A stretch of 64,000 nt of DNA from assembly GCA_001662655.1 (NCBI GenBank), contig KV460213.1, one strand, 5' to 3'. Made by a program: the position numbers and the translations under genes. Of the stretch, positions 21,729 through 33,319 are shown one piece after another. Source of the stretch: Pseudogymnoascus verrucosus. Its lineage: Eukaryota. The notes under the pieces were generated by a model. It was not told where the DNA came from. It made no database searches and saw only the letters and a program-made list of their open reading frames with translations. Position 1 is the first letter of the stretch; the number at the start of each line of letters is the position of its first letter.

Positions 21729-23552
21729 ATGCGGACATCCCTCCTCACCTCGATCGATGCCACATCACACATCCACCTCATAATCGGCACCAATGCCCTC
21801 GCCGCATCCCGGTGCGCGAAATCCCTCGAAGTGGGCGCCACGCCCATCGTCATCTTCCACCCGGATGAGTGTGAACATGAGGTTCACCCCGCGATGCAGC
21901 AGCGCATCGACGACAAGGAGGTGAAGTGGCTAGCTAAGCCCTACCACGACGATGATATCTCTACCTTAGGAAGGCCAGAACTGGATGGCTACGTCGACGC
22001 TGTTTTTGTCACACTTAGCCCTCAAGATCCTCTGAGTTCGTCTCCCCTCCCCCCCACCCCCCAAATACTAACCCCCCCTTCCAGGCCTCCACATATCCAC
22101 CCACTGCAAACGCCACCGCGTTCCCATCAACGTCCTCGACGCCCCCTCCCTGTGCACCTTCTCCCTCCTCTCCACGCACACCGACGGCCCCCTCCAAATC
22201 GGCATCACAACCAACGGAAAAGGGTGCAAACTCTCCTCCCGTATCCGTCGCGAAATCGCCTCCTCCCNNNNNNNNNNNNNNNNNNNNNNNNNNNNNNNNN
22301 NNNNNNNNNNNNNNNNNNNNNNNNNNNNNNNNNNNNNNNNNNNNNNNNNNNNNNNNNNNNNNNNNNNNNNNNNNNNNNNNNNNNNNNNNNNNNNNNNNNN
22401 NNNNNNNNNNNGAGGTGGTTGAGTCAGATTTGTGAGTATTGGCCTCTGAGTCGGTTGGCGGATGTTACGGATGCGGATATTGAGGCGGTTATGACGGCGT
22501 ATACATCTGCGCCGTCTGCATCGCCGTCTCTAACTAGCACGGGGACTATCACGACTAGCACCTCTTTGCCCACTCTTCCTTCTCCTCCTCCGGCTGCTAA
22601 GAAGGGGCTCGTTATCCTGGCTGGCTCGGGGCCGGGTCACCCAGATCTACTCACCCGCTCCACCCACCGCGCAATCCACTCCGCTACCCTAATCCTGGCT
22701 GACAAACTCGTCCCCGCCCCCATCCTCGCCCTCATCCCCCGCCGCACACCCCTCCACATCGCGCGCAAATTCCCCGGCAACGCCGAGCGCGCACAGGAGG
22801 AGCTGATGGCTCTCGCTCTCGCCGGATTACGACGTGGCGAGACAGTACTCCGGCTCAAGCAGGGGGATCCATACCTCTACGGCCGCGGCGGGGAGGAGGT
22901 AGAATTCTTCAGGAAAGAGGGGTGGGGAGATAAAATCGTCGTACTCCCCGGAATCACCAGCGCTTTCTCCGCCCCCCTATTCGCTGGCGTACCAGCCACG
23001 CAAAGGGGTGTCGCGGATCAAGTACTCGTCTGCACTGGGACGGGGAGGAAGGGAGTGCCTACTAAACCGCCTACTTATGTCGAGACCCAGACTGTGGTGT
23101 TCTTAATGGCTTTACATCGTATCAGCGGGTTAGTAGAGGATCTAACAACCTTCGCCCCCGAAGCCGCCGCCATCTCTCCCACACCAGCTTCTACCGACAC
23201 TGCCACCGCCGGTGCTGGCGCCGTCGCTGGCGCCGTCGCTGCTGCGGCGGCGGCTGATGCCGTCAAATTAGATAGCACATCCACACCCACACGCGCCCTC
23301 TGGCCCCTANNNNNNNNNNNNNNNNNNNNNNNNNNNNNNNNNNNNNNNNNNNNNNNNNNNNNNNNNNNNNNNNNNNNNNNNNNNNNNNNNNNNNNNNNNN
23401 NNNNNNNNNNNNNNNNNNNNNNGGGGGAGGGGGGGTTGGGGGAGGTGCTTGAGGGGTGGGGGAGGGGAGGGGAGGAGGCGGGGAAGAAGGTGGGGGAGGG
23501 GGGGAAGATGCTTGGGGGGGAGTTGGAGGTTGGGTTGGAGTTGGGGATATAG
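21729..23552 (+). CDS. MET1: Siroheme synthase / uroporphyrinogen-III C-methyltransferase (CysG-like fusion); intron 22036-22084; two assembly gaps
   Basis: N-terminal dehydrogenase/ferrochelatase-like part (PINVLDAPSLCTFSL, QIGITTNGKGCKL after splicing). Methyltransferase motifs GSGPGHPDLLT, LADKLV, RLKQGDPYLYGRGGEE and VLPGITSA. The 3' end is uncertain because of N runs. Confidence 0.92.
   Translation: MRTSLLTSIDATSHIHLIIGTNALAASRCAKSLEVGATPIVIFHPDECEHEVHPAMQQRIDDKEVKWLAKPYHDDDISTLGRPELDGYVDAVFVTLSPQDPLSSSPLPPTPQILTPPSRPPHIHPLQTPPRSHQRPRRPLPVHLLPPLHAHRRPPPNRHHNQRKRVQTLLPYPSRNRLLXXXXXXXXXXXXXXXXXXXXXXXXXXXXXXXXXXXXXXXXXXXXXXXXXRWLSQICEYWPLSRLADVTDADIEAVMTAYTSAPSASPSLTSTGTITTSTSLPTLPSPPPAAKKGLVILAGSGPGHPDLLTRSTHRAIHSATLILADKLVPAPILALIPRRTPLHIARKFPGNAERAQEELMALALAGLRRGETVLRLKQGDPYLYGRGGEEVEFFRKEGWGDKIVVLPGITSAFSAPLFAGVPATQRGVADQVLVCTGTGRKGVPTKPPTYVETQTVVFLMALHRISGLVEDLTTFAPEAAAISPTPASTDTATAGAGAVAGAVAAAAAADAVKLDSTSTPTRALWPLXXXXXXXXXXXXXXXXXXXXXXXXXXXXXXXXXXXXXXGEGGLGEVLEGWGRGGEEAGKKVGEGGKMLGGELEVGLELGI
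22268..22411. other. Assembly gap (N run)
   Basis: Run of N inside MET1. Confidence 1.
23310..23422. other. Assembly gap (N run)
   Basis: Run of N inside MET1, next to G-rich sequence. Confidence 1.
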
Positions 23553-23788
23553 GGGTGAGGGAGGGGAGGGGGAGGGCTGGGGGGTGTAAATTTGGGGGAG
23601 CGAGATGGATTGGATAGATGGACGTGCATAGACATGGCGTTGGTGCATTATGAAATAGATGGATCTCCATTGGGGTATATAGACCAGACCAGGCCGGGCA
23701 GCCGAATAAAAAACGCCTTAACAAACACCTTCCCTTCTCCCTTCCCCCCCCCCCCCCTCCTCTCCCTCCTATCCCCCACCCCTCCCCT

Positions 23789-24484
23789 TCACTTAAAATC
23801 CTGCCCCGCATAACTAACACTCATCCTCAACTGCCTCTGCCTCTGCTGACTCTGCAACTGCAACCTCTCCACCGCATACCCAAGGCGTTCCTTCTTCTGC
23901 TTCAACATCCGTAGTTTCGCTTCCTTCCCCCCTTCTCCTCCTCCTGCTCCTGCCCCAGTCCCCGCCCTTCCTCCTGGTGTCGTCCTCCCGCTAGCGCCGG
24001 CCCCAGATGTCCCGGTTCCGCGTTGGCCTAGGCGCCCTGCTTGTAGTTCAGCTTTAGCCCGCAATGCTTGCTCCCGTCGCTCAAGACGGTCGAGATGCGT
24101 TTCTGCTCGTGTGAGGAGGGTTGTTATTGCCGGGGCGAGCTCGGTGGCTAGGCTGTGTTGGGCGAGGGCGAGGGAAGGGGAGGGGGTGAGTTCGAAGTGC
24201 TGTGGGGGGTGTTAGCTTTTGCTGCCTGCTATTGTTGTTTGGTGTCTAGGTAGGGAAGGGGGAGGGAGGGGTAAAGATTAGAGGGGAGGGGGAAGGAAAG
24301 ATTGGGGGGGGAGGAAGGAGGGAAAAGGGGGACATACACGAGTAGAACTTAGCACGGTCGAGAGGCGGGGGAAATCACTAATCCCTTGGTCGAGGATCGA
24401 GATGGAGGAATCGAGGAGTTGGAGGGAGGATTTGAGGGATTGGACGGAGGCGGAGAGGGAGGATGCTGAGCTGGTTGTTGACAT
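23789..24484 (-). CDS. SPC19: DASH/Dam1 kinetochore complex subunit Spc19 (exons 24484-24338, 24199-23789)
   Basis: SLSASVQSLKSSLQLLDSSISILDQGISDFPRL..VLSSTR|HFEL...RLERREQALRAKAELQAGRL...KKERLGYAVERL. Phase-0 GT..AG intron. Confidence 0.9.
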
Positions 24485-24883
24485 TTTTGCGGTTCGGTCT
24501 CTCTGCAACCGAAACTATTTGGTCAACCGGCGGGGTGTTAGTTTCTGTGGAGAGAGGGAGAGCGTTTGCGCCTCTGCGGTGCAATATGCGGTCTAGATAT
24601 GATATTTGAGAGTTGCCATGTAAACGCGACGCGGTGTAAATACAAGATCACGTGCACCGCGGGGTCCGGGTCGGCAGACGAGCGAGCGAGGTAAGGTGGG
24701 AAGCTTGGGCGAACCGCCGCCCCCCAGCTCGCATGACGATTTACTGACAAACAAACCTCCCGACGCTGATTCTTGAACCCCGCGAAAACCTCCAACGTTC
24801 AAACCTTTGTCACAAACGCGCCAATCTTTGTTCGATTTTCAAAAGCATTTATCTACCAGGAAGAAGAGGAAAAGGAGGGCATT

Positions 24884-25648
24884 ATGACGTCTAATCCGCT
24901 CACTTACGAGGCGTCGGCTGGGGAGACACACATGCAGGTCTCCTCCGCACTACCCGATGAGGTTATCCAATGTCTCCGGAACGCACGATTCGTAAGTTGT
25001 CCTCCCCTATCCTTCCCTTATTTCCCTTCTACAATGCACCCCTCACAGCAGACCCCGATCTAACACCCCCTCCAGCTCCACCTCGCAACCTGCACCACCG
25101 ACCTGCACCCCCACGTCTCCCTCATGAACTACACCTACCTCGCCTCAACCCCCTTCTCCCCCTCCCCAATCATAATAATGACCACCAACCCCTCCAGCCG
25201 CAAAACGCACAACCTCCTCTCCAACCCCCACGTCTCCCTCCTCGTTCACGACTGGGTATCCCACCGCCCCCTCCCCACCGCCTCCACCACCACCAGCCCC
25301 GAGCCCGAGCAGCCAGCCGCGCACCGCTCCTCCCTCGCCACCCTCCTCCAGAACCTCAATTCCTCGGCCCTGTCCTCGATAAGCGCTTCGATCAACGGGG
25401 ACGCGAGAGTTGTCGAGAGTGGGACGGAGGAGGAGAAGTGGTTGAGGGAGGCGCATTTGAGGAATAATACGTTTGGGGAGGGGGAGGAGGGGGGGAGAGA
25501 GCAGGATGGCGGGAGGGGATGTTTTATTGAGGGGGAGGAGGTGAAGGTTGTGGTGGTGAGGATTACGGATGGGAGGGTGGCGGATTGGAAGGGTGCGGTT
25601 AGGGATTGGAGTTTGGTGCCTAGGGAGAGGTTGGCTAATGGGGTTTAA
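24884..25648 (+). CDS. Pyridoxamine 5'-phosphate oxidase-like FMN-binding protein (YGR017W-like); intron 24992-25075
   Basis: LPDEVIQCLRNARF|LHLATC...PHVSLMNYTY...SSRKTHNLLSNPHVSLLVHDW. Confidence 0.88.
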
Positions 25649-25992
25649 CTGCTGGGAAATGGGTTGAGGGTTGCATTTACTGGTTCTGGAATGGGATGGG
25701 GGTGTTACAAATCATGGATCTCGGTGTGCGGGGATCTCGCGCGGTTACGAAGGGCATGTATTTATTGCTCCCTCGTACTATATGTATGTCTGCTTGCTTA
25801 GAAATGGGTACATACAAACTGAACTGGCAGCTTGTAATCTACCACTATTGTGACATAAAGGTGCCAATCTGCTACTCCAAGTGCTCGTACAACAATCCGT
25901 CCCCGCCTCAGACGCTTGGAACCACCACCGGCCTGCGTAGCTGGCACTCAACAGTCAATCTCGTAATCACCCTACCCCCATATGCCCACCCT

Positions 25993-27179
25993 CTAAGCAA
26001 CCGGGCTCCACGGCATCGGGATCAAGATCCTCGACTGCATCGTTTGAATCAGCGGCACAGTCTTATGCACCGTATTTCCCCACCCCTCCACCCCCCAGCT
26101 CTTCTCGCGCCTCAGCTTGCGCTCCTCCAGATCCGCAAACTGCCAGAGGTGGTGCACCGTGTTCAGGTCGCCGATCTGCACGAACCACGCGCCGACGCCC
26201 TCCATCACCTCGCGGCGAGCCTTGAGGCCCTTGCGCCAGTGTGTCTCCCAGTCCAGCAGGTTACCGGGGTGTAGTGTGTAGGAGCGCAGCTCGAAGAGGC
26301 CGCCGAGTTGGCGCGGTGGGCTGGTGGGCCAGAAGCTGAATTCCTGCATCAGGGAGACGCGCTTGGAGGTGATGAGGGTCTTGAGCTTCTTGTCGAAGGC
26401 GGGGAAGTCGGGGTGGTTGGCGATTGAGTGGAGGGAGGAGTGGTAACCGTCGTATTTCTGGTACTCCCAGATGTGGACTGCAGGTTGTTAGAAATGGAAA
26501 AATATATAGTGATCGGGAACATACCAAAGGTATCGCTATCTCCAACTTCAGTGCGCCAGCTTCCTACCAAGTGAACCTTGTTCTCCGGCATGCTGGCCAT
26601 CTTCGGATACCAGTTACCGACCAGCTCTACGTATTCGTCGACCTTATCCGGCTTGACCTCGTGGAACACAATCGAATGCACATATTTGCCTCTTGCAAGA
26701 ACCTGAGAGAAGGATTGCTCAATCTGCTGGTCCATCTCTCTCCCCTCCTTGGTACCATAGATAAGCGAAGATAGCTTGCCAGTCGGTTTCTCGCCCTCGG
26801 GGCCGACGGGTTCTGCAGCTATGCTTAGTTTACCTAGTCCTAACATGTTAGAAACAGGGCCCGCAGTGCTCGCATGTGGAGCAGTGGGAGCTTCCCAAAG
26901 AAAAGTAGGAGATTGAGAAGAAGAAGAGGACGGGGTTGATGAGTTTACGGCGTCGAAACGGCCGGCTCCAGACTGACTTGGTTCGAACTTGGGCTTCTGC
27001 TTTGCAGCGAGATCGGCGCGGAATTCCTTCTGCTTCGCGTTGAATGACTCGACACCGTTGTTGGTCACGTCTGCCAGTGACGGCGTCTTCGGCCGGATGG
27101 CTGTGGTTGTAAAGGCGCGAGTGACCGACTGGACCGCTGTCGCCGAGCGCGAGCTTCGGCTTAGCTGAGATGCAATCAT
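25993..27179 (-). CDS. Mitochondrial NIPSNAP family protein; intron 26524-26478
   Basis: Presequence, then two NIPSNAP repeats (HLVGSWRTEVGDSDTF-VHIWEY and LFELRSYTLHPGNLLDW...GDLNTVHHLWQF). Confidence 0.93.
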
Positions 27180-27688
27180 GGTTGCGATGATAATCGTCAA
27201 GCTGTGTTAGCTGTAGATACAGGTCTCGGAGTCAGACTGTGCGTTGCAACAGCCGCTCTGAAGCTTAGATGAGGAGGCGCGGTGCTTTCTGTTGAGAGTG
27301 ATAGTGATAGATGATTGACGTATGTAAACAACGAAGTAGAGTACAAGTCGCAGGTTGAAAGGGATTACTGCAGAGTTGTAGATAGCTTCACAGATGCCAG
27401 ATAGTTGGAGTTGTAAACGGGTGGAGCTTGGTTTAATGCCTGGTTTCCTTACCCCGCGAGCTGTTGGGGCTATGTATTAGACGGGTCATTGTCTCCATGC
27501 CTCCATGCCAAGAACATACCTTGAAGGCACGCACCTTAGCCGATGACCGCGCGGGCTAGCGCTTCAACATCACGTGAAATCACAACCTTTGATCAGTATC
27601 CGAGATCAGCCATTCCGAACCTCCCATCATCAAAAGCTCCCGATCAAGCACCTCACCACCCCCGCTACTCTACATACCCACCGTCAAG

Positions 27689-28092
27689 ATGGCATTTTTC
27701 GGATTGAAGAAGTTCCCGGCCCCAATTGGTGAGTCAATTGATCCCTACTGCGCCCCTGTGCGCGTTTGTCCGGAATGGAAAAGACTGACTTCTGTTTAAT
27801 AGCCGCGCCCCTTTGGCCATTCTACACCGCCGGTAAGAGATAGACTCCGACATTCTCTCGTCCAGCGAGGCGAAGAGAGATACCGAATTATATAGTTGTG
27901 ATATTGACGGTACACTCAGGCGTCGTTGTCCTTTACGGAATCAGCCAGGCTGCCAGCGCCATGTCCCAGTGTACGTGCACACCTATACCAAATTTTGCGA
28001 CTGCTCCCTAACATCTTCTTCTAGCCGACGAGTTCAAGAACGACCCAAGGAACCGCTTCGTCAGCAAGGTCAAGGCTGCTGAGAAGCACTAG
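27689..28092 (+). CDS. ATP18: Mitochondrial ATP synthase subunit j/i; 4 exons (27689-27728, 27803-27832, 27920-27970, 28025-28092); absent from ORF track
   Basis: Spliced product MAFFGLKKFPAPIAAPLWPFYTAGVVVLYGISQAASAMSQSDEFKNDPRNRFVSKVKAAEKH shows the KKFP.P...PF..AG and EF.NDPRN family motifs. Confidence 0.92.
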
Positions 28093-28488
28093 AGGACAAT
28101 TGGAGGATGATGTGGGATGGACTTGGGAAATAGACGTGCGGGCATAGAACTTTTGAGTTGGCACGAAACCTGTACATTGATATTATATGGAAAACCTTAC
28201 CCAATGCCTGGGTTGTTGACTGGATAGTGTCGGTTTGTGTGATATGCTGATTTGTTGTATGAGGTGTAATGCTCAAATATGTTTAATCGTTGAGGCCGTA
28301 AAGCAGCGCAATGAAACAACATGCGGCTGTCAAGCCCATTTCGTACGTCACAGTAGGATATATATCAATATTTAGACTGTGCAGACCATTTCTCGAACAT
28401 TCTGGATATATACATCCCACCATAAACCCCAGTGATATCAAACCAGTCCCTCAAAACTCCGAACTCTCCTGCCAGGCCCTGAAATCAT

Positions 28489-29266
28489 CTACAAATCTTT
28501 AACAAGCTTCTTAACTAACTTCTTTTGCTCATCCATGCTTAACCCCTTGTCATCCGTATCCTGAATAGCCTTTCCTACTGCTAGTGTCGTCTTTGGGTTC
28601 TTGCTGTTAACCCAGACCTTTCCATTTCTGCCAACCGCGATTTCGAATGCCACTCCAGCGTCTCCCAACTCTTCCAGCACAACAAGTTTTCCTTGTTCAG
28701 TAGGCTTCGGCATCATCAATCGCCTGGCCATGACGAGAGATACGGTGAAGAGCATGCCTCCGGTTAGCAGCCCCAGGCCATCAGATTTCCCTGTCGACGA
28801 AGACACGCATTCTAGCTCCGGGTCCATGTGCTTGTTGGCCAGCGAGACACGCGCATAGATCAGGGAGCCCTGAACAAGCACCGGTCTGTTCTTCTTGGTT
28901 GCGCCCTCAAAGGAGAGTTGTGGTAAGGAGGCATATGAGGTGTAGTCTGTGATGCTGGCATAATAAACGTCGACGGATGAATGGTGGACTGTGGCGATCA
29001 CAAGGTCTCCAACGGTTGGAATATACTACAATCGTTAGTTACATGCCATTATCAGACAAGGGAGAACTTACTCGGCCGCCATTAAACTCTACCCATATGG
29101 AATTCTTTCTGGTGTCTGTGCATAGCTGCCCCGCGACAACTGGAGTGATGGTATTCGGTGGGATGTGCCTTAGACCTGGGCCAAGCTTGATAGGTAGAGT
29201 AGGATGCGAGGGAAGTAATTCCGAATCGATATGATCGCCGGGTAATACGAAAGTCATGGCTGCCAT
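28489..29266 (-). CDS. RRP40: Exosome cap subunit Rrp40; intron 29071-29026
   Basis: VLPGD, KLGPGL, R|YIPTVGDLVIA, LSFEGATKKNRP (S1 domain) and FEIAVGRNGKVWV (KH domain). Confidence 0.95.
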
Positions 29267-29508
29267 ATGGAGGCCAGAAAGCTGGTGAATTTATTTATAT
29301 GCCCGGCTTGACTTTCTGTACCAGGCCATTTTCAACCTTCAGCCTTGTCGTTTGGGCTGCGGTAAAATCCGCGCTAAGGAAATAATTTCACGAGGATCAG
29401 ACCAAGAAGACGACCACCCCCACTCCCATCCAAGGCCCAGAATTCTTACTCTCCTCCAGAAAAGTGATCCCTTCTCATCTCCCACAAGAAGTCACATATT
29501 TCTACAAG

Positions 29509-31330
29509 ATGGCCGCTCAAGAAAACACCCAGGGCGCACAGCCCGAGAGACACGCCATTGGTATCTCCTTTGGAAACTCGAACAGCTCGATCGCCTACAC
29601 CACAATCGAGGATAAGGCAGAGGTTATTGCCAACGAGGATGGAGGTATGTATTGTTTATGCTGTAGATATTTATGGTGCTAATTTGCTACAATAGATCGT
29701 CAAATTCCCTCCATCATCTCTTACATCGACGGAGAGGAGTATGTCGGTAACCAGGCCAAGGCGCAACTCATCCGCAACAAGGACAACACTGTCGCATATT
29801 TCAGAGATTTCGTCGGCCAAGAGTAAGTGATACGATTTAGGGATCGGAAACGTGCATGCTAACCCCGTGCTCAGCTTCAAGTCGATAGACCCAACCCACT
29901 CGCACGCATCTGCTCACCCAAAAGCCCACGAGAACACCGTCGCCTTCACCATCAAGGACAAGGCGGAGGGCGAGGCGTCCACCGTGACCGTCACCGAGAT
30001 CACCAGCCGCCTCATCAAGCGTCTCGTCGACTCGGCCACTGACTTCACCGGAAAGAAGGTTGACTCTGCTGTCATCGCCGTCCCCACCAACTTCACCGAG
30101 GCCCAGAAGCAGGCTCTTACCGCTGCCGCCAAAGACGCCGGACTCGAGGTCCTCCAGCTGATCAACGAGCCCATCGCCGCCTTATTAGCATATGACGGTC
30201 GCCCAGATGCCAAGGTCTCCGACAAGATCGTCGTCGTTGCCGACTTCGGTGGAACCCGCTCCGACGTCACCGTCGTCGCCTCCAGAGGCGGCATGTACAC
30301 CATCCTGGCCACGTCGCACGACTACGAGTTCGCCGGATGCCACCTTGACCAAGTGCTCATGGACCACTTCGCCAAGGAGTTCATCAAGTGGAACACCACC
30401 GACCCCCGCGCCGAGGCCCGCTCCCTGGCCAAGCTCAAGCAGGAGTCCGAGGCGGCCAAGAAGGCCCTCTCCATCGGAACCAACTCCAGCTTCAGCGTCG
30501 AGTCCCTCGCCGAGGGCATCGACTTCTCCTCCACCATCAACCGCCTGCGCTACGAGACCATCGGCCGCAAGGTCTTTGAGGGCTTCAACCGCCTCATCAC
30601 CTCCACCATCGAGAAGGCCGACCTCGACGTCCTCCACATCGACCAGGTCATCATGTGCGGTGGTACCTCGCACACTCCCCGCATCGCCGCCAACTTCCGC
30701 AACATCTTCCCAGAGACCACTGAGATCCTCGCCCCATCCACCACCCCCACGGCCATCAACCCATCGGAGCTCGCCGCCCGCGGTGCCGCCCTCCAGGCCT
30801 CCCTCATCCAGGAGTACGACGCCACTGATATCGAGCAGTCGACCCACGCTGCCGTCACCACCGTCAAGCACCTTGCGCACGCCCTTGGTGTTCTCGCCAT
30901 CTCCGACGATTCCGCCCGCGGCGTCTTCGTCCCTGTCGTCCCTGCTGAGACTGCTGCGCCGGCTCGCCGCACCATCACCATCGCTGCGCCAAAGGCTGGC
31001 GGTGATGTCCTGATCAAGGTTGTTGAGGGTGGCTCGCACATCAAGGTCACTCAGCCATTGCCAAAGGCAAAGTCGAACGGCGCCAAGGTTGCCGATGCGC
31101 ACGAGGATGGATCTGAAGATGACGAGTCGTCTGAGGAGGAGGAGGAGGAGACCCGCGAGAAGGTGTGGAAGGTTGGTGGTGTGCTTGCCGAGATCGCCGT
31201 TAAGGGTGTTAAGGCTGGTGGAAGCGTTGAGGTCACCATTAATGTTGCGGGTGATCTTGCGACCACGATCACGGCGAGGGAGGTTGGAGGTAAGGGAGGT
31301 GTCAGGGGGAACTTGGAGGCAGCCCAGTAG
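29509..31330 (+). CDS. SSZ1: Ribosome-associated complex atypical Hsp70 Ssz1; introns 29645-29695, 29823-29874
   Basis: IGISFGNSNSSIA, IANEDG-DRQIPS and VADFGGTRSD, with a truncated lid-less substrate-binding domain. Confidence 0.95.
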
Positions 31331-32633
31331 GGTTCTGGACGAGAGGTGTGATATTTGTATAGGGGTGTAGATGATAGACGAATTGGAGCTTAGACGTGAT
31401 GAATTTACGGTCAGGGTCGATAGTTTTGCACAGTCTGGACTGCACAGTTAGAGAATAAAATTGGAGATTTCACTGTTAGAATATGTGTTATTGAGACGGA
31501 GTTCACGTTTGAGGGGCTGGATGACCACAACAAACGCTATAAGGTTTTGTGGCATCACGGTGGTATTCGAATTCTCCGTCCAGTTCGTAACAATAGATGA
31601 TGATACTCCAAAACAACGTGTTCTGCAGTCCTTAGCGTCGAAGGGGGTGAATCAGCCCTAGAGTTTGTAAAACCCTCGCCAAAAAGAGTATCAACAACGC
31701 GCGCCACGCCCTTTCATACTGCCGCTCTCGTTCTCACCGTTACCTCTTTCTCGCTGTCGCCCCTTCCTCATCGTTGCCCGTCTTACTATCATCCCCTATT
31801 GCCACCGCCCCATAGCGCTTATTTACGAAATCTTTAATTCAGGTGTTTGCAACCCCGGATTCAATCGCCCGTTGTATACATTCATCTAGGGTTGCCAACC
31901 GTGCTTTCGCATATGCCAGCGCAGATTCAGTATCGATGAGACACTATATAATACATTTCTTCACTGGCATGGGTACCCAGTGTGAAGTTGGTGGTTATGG
32001 CTGATCTGACAAGTCGAATATGATCATATATGTCTAGCAACAGAGACGCGGCGATAGACGGCAGCTGGCATGACACGAGCGAGACATGGCAAACGGGAAT
32101 ATCTCATAACTTGTAAACAATCTCGACACGACACAAAACAACGCGAATATGACGGAAAATACGCGACAATTGACTGATGATGAAAATACGATAATAATCA
32201 GCTGGAAGCTTCATGGTATTGGGTCGTGGAAAATTAACTCGTAAATACAAAATAAATTCAGTTTCGGAAAATATTTATTATACCCTCACATCTTTAACCA
32301 AGTCTATTAATCATTGTCAAAAATAACCTGTAAATATAAAATAAACTCATTCTCCGAAATCACCGATTAAAATCTACGATGACTATAATTAAAATAAACT
32401 TCGAGAAAATGCCAAAATTCGAATATATCGCCGGCCCCTATATTCAATTTCGAACAAGTTCAGCATCGTTGACAAAAACGAAAGAATTGAACCTTTGAAC
32501 GATATCTACATCTCCAAAGTGTGTGGCAGGCACTGGAGCACTCCTCCCATTCATCACCCTGTCCTTTCTACTTCGAACCCCCTCCAAAACTAAAAAATCA
32601 CCGCACATAAAAGTGAGAAACTCAAAAAGTAAA

Positions 32634-32733
32634 CTCCCTCGGGTGGGCTCGAACCACCAACCTCTCGATATCAGAGAACTGTAAAGAAACTCTGGTAACA
32701 GTCGAACGCGCTAGCCAATTGCGCCACGAGGGA
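32634..32733 (-). tRNA. tRNA-Asn (GTT) with 26-nt intron (32670-32695)
   Basis: Minus strand reads TCCCTCG TGGCGCAATTGGCTAGCGCG TTCGA CT GTT A [intron] A TCGAG AGGT TGGTG GTTCGAG CCCACC CGAGGGA G. Acceptor stem, A/B boxes and the canonical 37/38 intron position are all present. Confidence 0.95.
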
Positions 32734-32910
32734 CTTTCTTGCTTGTTTGACAGTCTTCTAAATCAGGTTTATGTACTGAAACTCGTTGTGAGCTGATAGG
32801 GCACGCAGAGTTTTCATTTATCATTTTCCTGAAATAGCGCGTTACTAGCGTGGTTGCGGTTGCGGGGCCGGGTGCGCTAGTGATTGGGTAAAAATAACTT
32901 AGCACGGGGG

Positions 32911-33085
32911 ACACGTGATGGGTATACTTGGAACCACTGCACTACGATTATTCTCTTGCACGTGACGGCTGTACTTTGGAGCCAACTGTGCAACGATTAT
33001 TCTCATGCACGTGACGTCTATTCTTGAATAGAACTGTCCTACGATTGTTCTCTTGTCTATACTTCAATAGAGTCCTATGATTGTG
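32911..33085. repeat. ~48-bp degenerate tandem repeat (3 units plus a partial), each full unit beginning with CACGTGA
   Basis: CACGTG at 32912, 32959 and 33008. Units share ...TACTT.GA...ACTG...ACGATT(A/G)TTCTC.TG. Confidence 0.8.
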
Positions 33086-33319
33086 CTTTATGAGAACTGG
33101 AAAGTTTACGCCAAAGCCGAAGGTACTTTAAACTCTAGATAATATACCAGAGTAAATATGTATCGCTGGAACAAAAAATTGAGAGGTCGTAGAGCACAGT
33201 CAGGTACAGACCCGTCAGCCTCGCCATCGCCAGGCTGCACTTTTCCATTTTGGGTCACTGAAGGCTACCATCGTCCAAACCTTTGCAATTCCCATCCATG
33301 AGATAACGGCGACTTCAAC

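Noticed and set aside
23423..23560. Gly/Glu-rich MET1 C-terminus as a novel domain
   Set aside because: It lies next to an N gap, so the frame is unverifiable, and it is explained by the G-rich 3' skew.
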